Shown in pieces: positions 1 to 11,793 of a stretch of 64,000 nucleotides of DNA. Location: NCBI GenBank assembly GCA_973895155.1, contig OZ316895.1, positions 4,203,659 to 4,267,658 of the forward strand. Direction: 5' to 3'. Source of the DNA: Marsupella aquatica. Lineage: Eukaryota > Plantae > Marchantiophyta. The notes below the pieces were generated by a model, which did no database searches, had not been told where the DNA came from, and saw only the letters and a list, made by a program, of their open reading frames with translations. Numbering within the stretch: the stretch's first letter is position 1; each line of letters opens with the position of its first letter. A program made the translations under genes and the position numbers.

Positions 1-1
1 T

Positions 2-796
2 AACATTGAGGGCAGCACCAGATGATGAAGGCTGTGATGTGATGTGCATCTTCTGCTGAAGATCATCACTAAGCAGAGAACTTACCACGTCATTGTATGA
101 AATGGTATCCCTATCACGATGCAACAACACTCGTGATAGGGACTGGTAAGATGGAGGCAATGAACTAAGCTGCAGAGCCTTCGTCTCATCATTCAAAGTC
201 TCCCCAAGGTTTTCCAAGTCAACGACCATGTCGTTGAAAGCATCCACATGGTCTTGCAACTTCGTACCAGATTCCTTCATCCTGAAACTCATCAGTTTGT
301 AGGAAGTGTAGAGCCGGTTCGACAACTCCTTGCGGTGATACTTGCTCTGCAATTCCGCAAACAAGGACATGCAATCCTTATGTGCACCTAACTGCTTGAT
401 GATGGGAGGCATGAGATAGAGTGTAACACACCACACTCCCTGCTCCTGCATGCGGTCCCATTGTTTCTCATCAACATCGTCTTCACGAGGGCTCAGCAGT
501 TGGCCCATCCCTGACGCATAAAGCACTCCCTTCACCTGCTTCTCCCATAGCAAGTAGTCAGAGCGCCCATCATACTTTGTCACTTCATACTTGGGTCCCC
601 CAAGCTTGAAAGTCCCCATCTTCTTCTTTACCGTGAGCTTCGGTAGTAGTACTGCTTCCTCCACCACACGCCGCACCGGTGATGGTATCGGTGTCACGTG
701 CTCTTCCTCCTGCTCCTCTCTCTGCCCCTGAAACCTCCGCGGTGATCCTTGTGCTTCAAGTTCCACGTCTTCGAAAAACTCCTCCGAATCACTCAT
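2..796 (-). CDS. gag: Ty1/copia retrotransposon Gag, N-terminal part; runs off the left edge of the window
   Basis: Open frame from ATG at 796 to the window edge, translated by hand (absent from the ORF track): MSDSEEFFEDVELE...MGTFKLGGPKYEVTKYDGRSDYLLWEKQVKGVL...ELQSKYHRKELSNRLYTSYKLMSFRMKESGTKLQDHVDAFNDMVVDLENLGETLNDETKALQLSSLPPSYQSL. This is the typical Tnt1/Tork-like copia Gag pattern. Confidence 0.9.
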   Translation of the reverse strand, partial: MSDSEEFFEDVELEAQGSPRRFQGQREEQEEEHVTPIPSPVRRVVEEAVLLPKLTVKKKMGTFKLGGPKYEVTKYDGRSDYLLWEKQVKGVLYASGMGQLLSPREDDVDEKQWDRMQEQGVWCVTLYLMPPIIKQLGAHKDCMSLFAELQSKYHRKELSNRLYTSYKLMSFRMKESGTKLQDHVDAFNDMVVDLENLGETLNDETKALQLSSLPPSYQSLSRVLLHRDRDTISYNDVVSSLLSDDLQQKMHITSQPSSSGAALNV

Positions 797-1936
797 ATGA
801 GAAAGTCACAAAAAATGTTGTTTTTCACAACTTCTCAAAAAACTCGAAACTCAACACCGCCGCGTAGCCCACAAAGCTAGGAGTCCAATACTGAAAACCA
901 AAATCAAAATCGAAATTTGACGGAAAAGTTATTCAAATTTCGGTCGAGGTGGGTAAAACCTTGGGAAACTCCCCCGTTTTGACCACCTCAGGGAATAACC
1001 GAAATACCAAGTACAACCCATTGTCGGAATTGCGATGTGATTGGTGCGCTGCATTGCCAACTTCAATGGCTACGACCTCGCCGAAAAATAACCAAAAAAG
1101 TTACCGTTCGGCGGATGAAATCTTTGTCGGACGGTCAAAAAATAGCTCTCTGGTTTTTTGGAATATTCTATGACCCTTGTACAGGCCCTGTGGGAATTTT
1201 GGAAGAACAATCGAGGGGCTGACATGTGTCCTCGAACCCCCAAAACCCCCTACCACCCTTCGTCGTCGAAATCTGGTCGCGCGCGCAGAAAATACACACG
1301 GCAGAATGTACCCCTTGACACCAAACGCAAGATATCTCACTCGGGTTTTGACGAAATCAAGATCCGATTTCAGATTTGGAAACTAGACTCCGAGGCGATG
1401 AAGATCGATATAAGAAGCACCCAAAACGAGGAAAGAACGAGGGAGAAAAAAATTGGTAAAGATGACAGATTTCTCTCAATTGCCATAGCCAATTTCGAAT
1501 CAGTTTTTCAAAGAGAAAAAAATGGTATCTTGTCAATAACGAATGTTGATCAATTGCACTTGGTGCCGTCACCAAGTCCAACAAGGTAATTGATTTTGCT
1601 TAGCCTTCCTCTTTGCATCAAAGAGCCAATCCCGGACTCAAAAACAATCGTCTTGCCTCAATCTCTCCGTTGAGTCAAAACACTTGACGCTTCTCCCTCC
1701 GAGTCGATTGCCAACTTTCTTCACAAAATCCAGAACGACGAAAACTTAGATCTCTCTGCACCACGAGCTCCGTTCAACGATTTCTTCACACCGTTAGAAA
1801 GCTCTTGCCCTGATCTATCCGTTGAGCCCATAAACTCCAAGTTCCATGCGATGGAACTCTGGAAAATCCACCAATACTCAACGCTGGAAAAACCGTCATG
1901 AAATCCCGTCACGAACACACGTCACCTCCCAAGCAT

Positions 1937-1948
1937 GCTCTGATACCA
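1937..1948 (-). promoter_or_regulatory. Primer-binding site complementary to initiator tRNA-Met
   Basis: Plus-strand gctctgatacca = TGGTATCAGAGC on minus, 2 nt from the LTR end. Confidence 0.9.
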
Positions 1949-1950
1949 AT

Positions 1951-2389
1951 TGTTGAGCATAGACGACGATCGCAATGGCAAGCCCATGAACCATCCAACG
2001 CACAATAGTCGACACAAGAGATACGTGGTTCACCTCCTTGAGGCTACGTCCACGGGAACACACAAGAGAGCTTTACTGAACTCTAAGCCCGTCGGCTATA
2101 CTGAGTCTCCACAGTGTAAGCTCTCCCTATCTCTCAAGTGGCTCCATAACAATGAACCTTGGTTCTACCTCTCCAAGCACACATGCCTCTTATGATATAG
2201 TGTGCAACTTAGTTGTACCTAACCACATAGTTGTACCTAATCACGTAGTTGTACCTAACCACATAGTTGTACCTAATCACGTAGTTGTACCTAATCACGT
2301 AGTTGTACCTAACCACGTAGTTGTACCAACCCACGTTGTTGTACCAACCACGTCATACCTAACCTAGACGTAAGAGTAAATACCCAACA
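1951..2389 (-). repeat. 5' LTR of the copia element (about 439 bp)
   Basis: Bounded by TGTTG...CAACA inverted termini and adjacent to the PBS. The distal boundary is inferred because the partner LTR lies outside the window. Confidence 0.75.
2212..2355. repeat. 18-bp tandem repeat x8 inside the LTR
   Basis: Units gttgtacctaa(c/t)cac(a/g)ta start at 2212, 2230, 2248, 2266, 2284, 2302, 2320 and 2338. Confidence 0.95.
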
Positions 2390-2577
2390 CTCAGATGATA
2401 CATGGTTTAGTGATTTGGTGTGAGGGAGCATAGTAAAACTGTGGTGTGGGTTGACTGCAGTGAAACCATCTACTCTCCTCAGATGATACATGGTTTAGTG
2501 ATTTGGTGTGAGGGAGCATAGTAAAACTGTGGTGTGGGTTGACTGCAGTGAAACCATGTACTCTCCTCAGATGATAC
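2390..2577. repeat. 88-bp tandem repeat (about 2.1 copies)
   Basis: tcagatgatac recurs at 2391, 2479 and 2567 with near-identical units. Confidence 0.9.
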
Positions 2578-5500
2578 CGGGGATGATACATATTACGTCG
2601 GAGAGTGAAAAGTGACAGAGAACAAGACAATCAGATTGAATTGGGAATTTGTAGCTCCCTCAATTTTTAATGAAAGTTGACAACACTAGACCCATTGGAA
2701 AGATCATTGTAAGCGGTTTTTTACAAAACTCCATTTCTGCTGCACCGCTGCTGCATATCAAGGGAGGAATTGAAAGTCAAAGTTTGCTGATAATAAACTT
2801 TTGGAAGTGGGAAGAGTGTACAGTGAATGATGAGGCAATCACTGAAAATCATACTATCTCCATTCTTAGGTGATGTGAGGCTTGTTGGAAAGTGATTTCC
2901 AAGCCACTTCTAAGGAACCCGCCAAGAAGCAATTTGGCTATATATGAAGGGAGATCATGAAGCTCAAAGTTTCTGTTCAAAAACTTTTGGAAGTGGGAAG
3001 AGTGTAGTAAGTGACAGTGAAGTGTGTCAGTCCAGAGGGATTGTATAAGTTCACAAGCACAGTCCGTCCAGGCTTCAGATTTGACCACATACACTTGACT
3101 TTACTTTTTATAAACTCTTTCATTTGCCCCTTTCTTTTCTTCTCCTGTCAAACTTACTCTCCATATGTTTCTTACCTACTCAAAATGAACTCATGAACCC
3201 ATATAGTCACCCATTGGCAAGAACCTGGGTTTTCCACGGAAGGCAAGTTCCCCACTTTTTTGGCCACTACCATAATAAAGTTGATCCTTACTATTATTTG
3301 GGACAAAGTTTGAACATGAGACCTGATAGACAGAGCCGGACTGTGGTTCCAGGGAGCTATAACACCATTCTGACTTGCCTCTAGTTGAGGTGGATAGTGT
3401 AATTAGTGTGACATTTCTTGGGTCACATTAGTCTTAAATGCTGAAAAGAATTGACATGCTTTAGTGGGAAGCTAATTATAATAGCACCAGTATTTTTGGT
3501 GTTTTCAATCACAATTATTATTCTTAATTGGAATAATAGGACCACAGTCTTCACAGCTTCACAGCTGCAGATGCCCTTGAGTTAGAATCAGGTCTACTGA
3601 TTTTTTGTTTTTTGCTGCCTCACTTGCAGCGTTTCTTTCTTTGCTCTTTTTAGTTCATTTCTAGTGACTCTCCAAGGTGTGTCTTGGAGTCTCTCATTTG
3701 ACTTTCTTTGACTTCTTTTTCAGCTACTTTGATGGCTGGCTCCCTTTTGTTGGCTGTTTTGGCCCCCACTCCCCTGGGTTTTCGCTGGTTTTACTAAAAT
3801 TGGTTTTACTAAAATAAAAAATCAACATTTAACCTCTTGCAATCTGTCCCCTACGTCTTGTTCTTGTTGGAGTTCTTGTTAAACATAGTTAGTACTGCTC
3901 TGGCTCTTGACTTGGTTCACCATCGATCATCTGAAGCTGAAGCTCCAAGTTCTCTTGCAGCTGCAACTGGAGGAGCTATTGGAGCAATCATGAACATGAA
4001 GTCCAACCCTATTCCCATAAAAGTTCTCTATATATTTGTGTATGATATTTTTTTCAATCAGGTGTAAGTTGATCCTCAGACAGCACATCATTCACAGAGA
4101 GGGACAAAACAAACCAGTTCAAATCATTGACTTTATAGTCCATAAAACATCTCATGTTTGTTGACTTAATTGTTCACCTCAGCTATATGTAGACTCACTG
4201 GCCGATTTGGAAACCAATGCTTTCCCGGATTGAGACATTCACGACAAGACATGAACGAAATAGAGGAAAAACAAGGGGCACCAGTAGCATTCTCAAACAA
4301 CACTCTCCTTCTATTATTCAGACCAAACCAAACACATTGGGTAAAGCAAGTTCAACCATCTCTCACTCTTCCAAAGGTCTGACCAGCCAAACAAAGAATA
4401 CAAAGAAAAGGCTAATAGTCTACAATATATATTATAGGAGGCGCACCAAAACTGACAAGGGTGCACCTTAGGTCTCTTGTTACTTAAAATTTTAGTTTGT
4501 TAAAATTTTTAGTGGGGGTGATAGTAAATAGTGTCACTTGCAGGAAAATGAAGGCTCACACAATAATTAGTATCTGTGATACTAATTACTTACACACTCT
4601 AATTAAAGAGTGTATTGGTGTTTAGAAAATGTAGTCTCATTCCCATCTTGGGTCACTTGGAACCTTGTAATTATTAAGGTTTGTTCCTCAACTTAATTCA
4701 TTTTGCTTCTGTCTTGAAAACAAAGCTCCCATAGATGACAAGGTTTGACAGCTGCCTGCCCAATGGACTGCATTGAAACATTGTTGTCTGCTAGGATGGC
4801 GCCTTTTCTTTGGGGTCATTGTAGAGTGCGAGGAAACAGTATAAATTTTTCTCGCACGAGCAAAAATTTTCCTCACATGACCCCTAATTTTTCTATATGC
4901 AATTGCCTCGCTAACAGGAACCTTGTTGATAACATCCATTTTGGGGACTCCTCTTTTTGCTAGCTATATCGCTAGCCATCTGGAGTCATAAAAAAACACA
5001 CAAAAAATAGAAAAGTAGCAAAAAGCAAAAGAAATTTAAAACCACAAGTGTCTCGCCAACAATACTCCCCTCGCTAACAAAATTCCTGTTTGCTCGCATT
5101 ATAGAATACCTCTTTTCTTTGCACATAATTATGCGCTCACCTATTCAAATGTCAAAAGAGTAATTGGTCTATTGATGGGATTAGTGAAGTCCCATGATGT
5201 GGTCCATCCAAGCCTGGCCTTCCCTCTAGCCTACTCCAAAAAGAAAGACAAGAAATCACAGTCTGGTCTCAATATTGATGCTTGGACAGACCACAACGTT
5301 TCATCTTGCAACTCAGATGGACCTGGTACCTTTTTGAGACCCAAAATGATGAACATTTACTATGAAATATGCTATTTGAGTTCAAAGCAACATTCCCAAA
5401 CAGGCAATGTGGTGATGAAAACTTGCCAAATTTCACTTCCATGAGAATCATTCGTCACCTTTGGCCAAAAGTATTACATAATTATTTCGGGCCTGCATAG

Positions 5501-5689
5501 CCAGTTTCGTTTCCCACCCAGGCACAGACTCCGTTAGTCACAATCTGTTTCCCACGCAGGCACAGAGTCAGTTAGTCACAATCTGATGGCTATCCTGAAG
5601 CGTTGAGAGATCTAACGGTCATAAATAAATACAGGTAGAAAGTGTACATAAAGGCCGTCATAATTGTTACTCTGATATGGTTACCGTTC

Positions 5690-5856
5690 TTACCCGTTCG
5701 ACCGGTCCATCGGTTTGTCCAAAAGTTCCCCTCTTTTGGGAACCTCCCTCATGCGATCGGTCCATCGGATCATCCAACGGTCCCTCTCTTTTGGGAACCT
5801 CCTCATGCGATCGGTCCGTCGGATCGTCCAACGGTCCCCCTCTTTTGGGAACCTCC
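5690..5856. repeat. About 60-bp tandem repeat x3 upstream of CAP-G2
   Basis: Recurrent cggtcc(a/g)tcggat...cc(c/t)ctcttttgggaacctcc units. Confidence 0.85.
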
Positions 5857-6765
5857 GGTTCTCTGTCCAATCTGTTGATTTTGAATCCGGTCGTTTGGCG
5901 CCAAAACCCTCAACCCTGCAAAACGACGGAGTTTGAGCAGAGAGAGGGAACATTCGATTCCAGACCAATTTCGTGCCCTCATGTTGTGTTGTTGGCGATG
6001 AGATTTCGAGAGATTGCCGATGGACAGAACCCTTCTTTTGAATCGTGTTGGAGGGATTGTATAGTATAGTTCTGTAGCTGTTACTAATGAAATGCTCCGG
6101 AAAGAGAAATGAGAAGAGGGCTGCAACTTTGAGTTGTTCGTCTTCGATCGTCGAAGAGAGCTACACGCGTTTTGTTGTGCAGCTTTGAGAACAGGGGACG
6201 AGATTTTACCGTAAAAGACGACGCGACAACTTTCGCTATGATTTGTGGCCTGATTTTGATTAGGATTTGAGAGATTTGCATCGATCGCCTTTGCTGTCCG
6301 GTATGATTGCCGGACGGACAGCGTCGTTTGAGTCTTACTTTGAGTGATTGAAGATGAATGCAATGCTCCGGGACGAGAAGCAGGGTGCAGCGTTGAGGTT
6401 CCTCTTCTTCGTTTGTGGAAGAGAGGCGTTAGATTATTCTCTCTGTCTGCATCGCAATGGGACAGGGTTTCACGTTCTACGTGCGATGGACCTTCCGCGA
6501 CTTTGAGGGAAGAGGGAGAGAAGAAGAAGAAGAACGCGTTCTCTTCGACGGACAACGGGAAGGGATTGCCCGTTCTTTGCTAGTAGGAAGTGTTAGGGAC
6601 AGGTTTCATTGCCATTCAAGGTTTTCATCATCGTTGTCATATCTCCTCCGTAAGATTGACCGACCGAGCAGCAGCAGCAGCAATAATTCTTGCGGAGGGG
6701 ACGGGCAATAGACGGCCATAATATGGCAAAGTAGAAGAAGAAATTGGTTAGATAACTACTCTAGG

Positions 6766-9700
6766 ATGAAGCCCTCGATGGAAGCCGCCTTCAGTAAGGC
6801 GTTGGAGAATTCGGCCCAGGAGTTTATCTCGTTGGTGTCTCAGCATCAGTCTCGAGGTGACAAGTTTATTGTCAAGTCTCTTGTGAGCAAATGTAGCCTC
6901 CAGTCAGCTCATCAAATTTGTGATGCTCTGGCCACTACTACAGATTTAGCTTTAGATTCTTACAAAAAACTCTCAGCGCAGCAACAGCAACAGCAGCAGG
7001 AGCAGGAGCAGACTAATGTGGAGGAGCAGCAGCACCAGGAGGAAATTGTGGAGCCACAACAGGTGCAGCATGTTGAGGAACAGGTGGAAAAGGTCGACCC
7101 TGAATCCAGTCCTTCACCACCGAGGCATAGGACAAGGAGCAGGCAAGCACAGGGAAAAAATAGAGCTCCTGATGCGTCTGGGATTGAGACCTCCCTTTCG
7201 GAGGAAATTGGAAAGACAGAGCTTGGAAACGTCCTTAAAACCCTACACTGTTGTGTCTTTCTGGGTCATGTGAGCGTCACAGATGGGATTGCTGGGACGC
7301 AGGCAAGCTGGCTCTTTCCCACTGTGCTCAGTTTGCATGACTCTCTGGTCCTACTCGAGGGTGATCCGAATTTGCAGGAGAGTATTGCTGGGTTGTGTGA
7401 ATTGTGGTGGCGTGAGAACCTAGAGCAGAAGGAGAGTCTTATTGTTCAATGCCTTCCTTTTCTGCTGTCCAAGGCATTGGCATGGGGGAAGAAGAAGGAC
7501 GTCCAACGGTTGTATGGCATGCGGAATGCCTTGGTTCTGTTCGACTTCTATGATGAGAGCATCAAAGATATGAAGCACCTGCTGATCAGGACTGTTGTTA
7601 CTCCGGCCTTTCTGCGAACCCAGAATGGAAGGAAATTCATTTCGTTTCTCTTTGGACTCGATCCGCAGCTGGTGAAGGAACTCGTAGTGATAGTTCGCTC
7701 CCAAATTCCGTATGGGCGAAAGTCCATTTTGGAAGCATATGGAGAAATATTATATCAGGCGTGGAAGGCAGCAGAGGGCCCTTGTCTTCACGAAATCGAG
7801 TTCACTTGCATCCAGGGGCTCTTTGAGACAGCCCTCTATGCTTCGAGTAAAGCGTTGGGAGCGTCCGTCAGGACGGTTTTAGAGGGTTTCGCGGCTCAGA
7901 AAGCCCAAGATGGTGTGGAATCTATGCTTTTCTGGCTTCTGGAACCTTTGCTGTTTCGTGCATTGCAGGTCGGTATCAATTCCTTTGTCTTCATTCGATT
8001 CATTTATTCATTCTCCATTCGTTGCAAATTGCTGCCAAAGAGCGACCTGACCTTAATGACCAAGCATTCGTTTCTCATCACCTTGTGTACCACAACCTTA
8101 AACATACTTAGGGAGTGCTGGCCCATATCGTGTTGGTGCGAGATCTCCTTACCCCTAAGAAGAGTAAATTTCTGATGCACACCGAATTGGAGTACACATT
8201 GAAACGAAGGAAGTAAAGGTCTAAACGCCCGAAAACGTTTTTCTATCAGAGGTTTGCTCTTCAAAACTAGTCGTTATTCATTCTCTTCACTCTGGTCCCT
8301 CACGACTCAACATCCTAGTTTCTGTTACGTCTGTTAGGCGCGAAGAAGAGCAACCCAGGTGACGGTTCATTCATTAAGAACCTCAGTCAAGAAACAACAT
8401 GATTTATGTCACTATTGTTATCGAAATATCAGTAGTCCACACCCTCCTCGTTGTGACAATGTACAATTTTCATGTATCCATTCTCTGTACACCACGTTTC
8501 GGGGACAGGTTGACAACTAGATCGATAATTACAAGTGGAAAGTTTTACTACTTTTTAAAATACATTCCTTTGCCTTCTAAAAGCTAGTAGATGAACGTAG
8601 TGTCAGGCTATGGTTATAATGGGCTTCAGGGGTAATCCAGGTTGCAAATTGAGATTGATGAAGTAATCTTCTGAAGGAATATCATTGCCTAGCAGATTCG
8701 TTCATCGAATGTCTTCTTTCACTTTCCGGAAGGATGAAAACAAACTCATAGAACAGGTGCTCTCGTGCCGGTGCAATACAGGCTGCCAATTCAAACGTCA
8801 GGCAGAATGCGTTACTCGTCTTGGTGGACGTGTTCCCTCTTGAAGATCCAGCTGCGAGCAAAGAGGAGAAGGAAGCGGTGCTCGAGAAGCAATTCGGGCT
8901 GTTAGAGAAGCTGTTGATGGATCCTTGCCCGGAAGTGCGGAGTGTGGCAGTCAAGGTCGTGTGCCGCATTCTTAGGCTTTTCTGGGAGATCATTCCATCG
9001 ACAGTGACTGTCCGACTCTTAACCAAAATAATCCATGACATGGCAAATGATTCTACAAGCAATTCGGTGAGACTCGCTGTCTTGCAAGGAATTATTTATC
9101 TTCTCGAGAACGCGCAGAGTCATGCTCTTCTCAAAGCATTACTTCCCAAACTCGGGCCCATGCTGAACGACACTAGCCTAGCTGTCAGAGTTGCGGCAGC
9201 TGACCTTCTTCTCGTCATCGAAGGCATACCTATTATCCAGTTTTACAAGGTTAGATTCTATCTTCGCGATGACATTCAATGAAAGTCCGTTGAAAGTTTA
9301 TTCCTTGGCGAACAGGAACCCAAGACTTTGTTCTTGACCAATTTGTTGTTACATTCCCTCCCAACCAAGTCCCCAGACGTGCACTGGTGACCAACATCTG
9401 GCATTCAAACGCAGTTCCTTCATTGAAAGACCCTGGGTTCTCAGAATTGGAATATTCTACCTCTAATTCTGTAATTTTGCTTAAGTTGTGGTTCGAATCG
9501 TTTCAGGCATGTGATCGATAAATTTCTTTGACATGCTGGTGCTAAGTTCTCATCTTCTGAGTCTGCTGCAGGTGGCACCTTTGGAAACACTTCTTTCCTC
9601 CCTTGCTAATGACAACTCGCTGGTAGCACAACGGCTCACCAGGCTGTTTCTTCACTCTTATTTCCCCCCGCAAGTCCCAGTCAAGGAGGCCTGCAAACGA

Positions 9701-11793
9701 TGCGTCGTACTTCTCAAAAGAGCTCCGCAGGCAGCGGCCAAGTTTTGTAAGTGGCTATTGGTCGAAGGTGCATCTCCGAAGTCCCTTCTCCAGCTAGTAC
9801 AAAACTTAATCCGTTTGGTACAAGATGACGAGCTCACCGAAGAAGTTCGGACTGGAACTCTTCTTGCTCTATCTGAATTATGTGAAAGCCTGCTGACTAT
9901 AGAGGAGTACAAGACTGTCATTGAGGAGATCCTGAGCGGAGATATGCTCGCTGCATTAATGGGTTATGCTCCCAATCCTTTGGCGAGGTCTTATGTGCTA
10001 CAAATTGCCTCGAAGCTACCTCCTAAGGATATATCCAAACTTGTGAGTTATTGTTGTGATCTTTCCATGCGGTGCCCTGCAACACCAGCTGATATAGAAG
10101 AGGTCGGTGCAGTGCACACTCTAGTACTAGCTTGGGGAGGGCTTGACGAGCTTCTAGCTGCTCTCACAGACTTTCTCTCTGATCCCATCAATGTGCCTCA
10201 CACCAAGTCTAAAGCTTGGAAGGATCGCGCTCCTCCTAGACAGGTCAAAGGGAGCAAGGACGTGGAATCAGCATGGTCTAGGCTCTTGACTTCGAAATCT
10301 TCGAAGCCATCCCAACCTGGAAAAGCAAATAGGACAAGGGACAATTTCATTGCAGCATCAGGAGCAGCGTGGCAGGTAGAGATGCTCTTGAATGGAGAGG
10401 AGATACGACCAGCAGTCCTTAGATATGGTCAATTGAAAGAGCTTCTACAAGCTTTGAGGACACTGGCACAAATTACCATTAACCGGGCTGGAGACGGGTC
10501 AACTGATTTGGCCAGCACATGTCATCCCGTGTCTTCGGTCTTGGCTTACATAAAGTTGTACTTCCACATAGTTCTGGAAGGCAGTGACGGAAGCGAGCAG
10601 GGAAAGAAGAGTATCGGACGGAGAGGGCATCAGAATCCCTCAGACTCTTCACTCGATAGATTAGGTCAAATATCGGTGAGTCTACAAATTCCTATCAGGA
10701 ATGAGATTCGCTTCAGTGAGCATGCACCTTAATGGCGATCTCTAATTTGTTTTCTGTGGAACCTTCGCATCATTGAGAATTTGGCACCCAGGAATGCTTA
10801 TTGTTGCAGTGGAATTATGTTACTCTTTGGAACTGGATCGACAGTTTTTGACTAATTCGTGCATTAGAGCTGATTTCGTCTTATATGGGTCTAGCTTTAG
10901 TTCCTAGGTTGCTCTGTTCTTACTGCTCTCTTAGAATCAGTGGCATCCATGGTCCCCGCATTCCTTATATTTCGACTCTCAATCTCACAGTGCTCCACGA
11001 AATTTGCTCACCAGATTCCACGAGGCCGATCACACTAACAGTATTGATCCTTGTTTTTCTGTTCAGGATGGCTTTGAGACAGCATGGGAAGAATTGGTAG
11101 GATGGCTCAGGGACATGTTGGTGAAGCAAACTGGCAGCCACAGTCCTTCAGCCTCACCTTCCCCGTCGCAACGGAAGTCAAAGCATGCTCGCCGTAAGCT
11201 CCGATCGAGAGAACCTCTTTCTCCTCTGTCACTGAACGTCCAGCCCGGTAAGCCTCTCGGGAACTCTGACAAGGTCTTTCATTACCTTGAGAGGTTGCTC
11301 TCTGCCGTTGAAAACTGACCATTAATTTGTAGGAAAAGCCAGAATGTTGATTCCCAAACGACGACGGAAGTTTTTGAATTGGCCAGGTGGATTAACTACA
11401 GAAAATTAAAGGATAAAGATTCGATATATTCTAATCTTATATATCAATTACGGTTTACGATGTTTTATTTCTCTATGAATGTATTGCGTTATTCATTGAG
11501 TCTTGCCTGCAGATTCGAACAAGAAGGCGAAGAACAATGAGGAGATGGCTGATTTGGAGGGAAAGAACAAAGAAGCGCTATCCACTCTCGTTTCAGAAAC
11601 AGCGCAGATCATTTCAGATTGTTTCACCCTGGGATTGATCAAGAATCCGTCTGTTCGACATGTAAGTGCCGATCTGGTCACTGATTCTATACAGTGGCTT
11701 AGTAAGAGGTCCCCAACGGCAAAAGGAACCAATAGTAGGCTGCCACACGGATTAAAAGAACATTGGACGGAATATGTAAAGGAGACATCATAG
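6766..11793 (+). CDS. CAP-G2: Condensin II non-SMC HEAT-repeat subunit CAP-G2 (NCAPG2/HEB1 homolog); 5 exons, about 1078 aa as modelled
   Basis: Exons 6766-7968, 8782-9249, 9572-10675, 11067-11247 and 11513-11793, all GT-AG and in frame. Motifs such as LCELWW, ALVLFDFYDESIKDMKHLL, GRKFISFLF, YGEILYQAWK, AANSNVRQNAL..DVFPLEDP and ILRLFWEIIP match plant CAP-G2. The 3' end is uncertain. Confidence 0.88.

Larger units (their letters stand above)
1..2389 (-). mobile_element. Ty1/copia LTR retrotransposon, 5' portion (5' LTR, PBS, leader, gag)
   Basis: LTR 1951-2389, PBS 1937-1948 and gag from 796 leftwards are all in the correct order on the minus strand. Confidence 0.88.

Noticed and set aside
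2152-2367. ORF with VVPNHV repeats
   Set aside because: It is simply the translation of the 18-bp LTR tandem repeat.
2212-2577. Regular short repeats as a CRISPR-like array
   Set aside because: The units are contiguous with no unique spacers, the context is eukaryotic, and there are no cas genes.
5642-6711. Cluster of overlapping ORFs, including the 250-aa ORF 5803-6555 (-)
   Set aside because: They derive from the 60-bp repeat and the promoter/5' region of CAP-G2; no recognisable domain.
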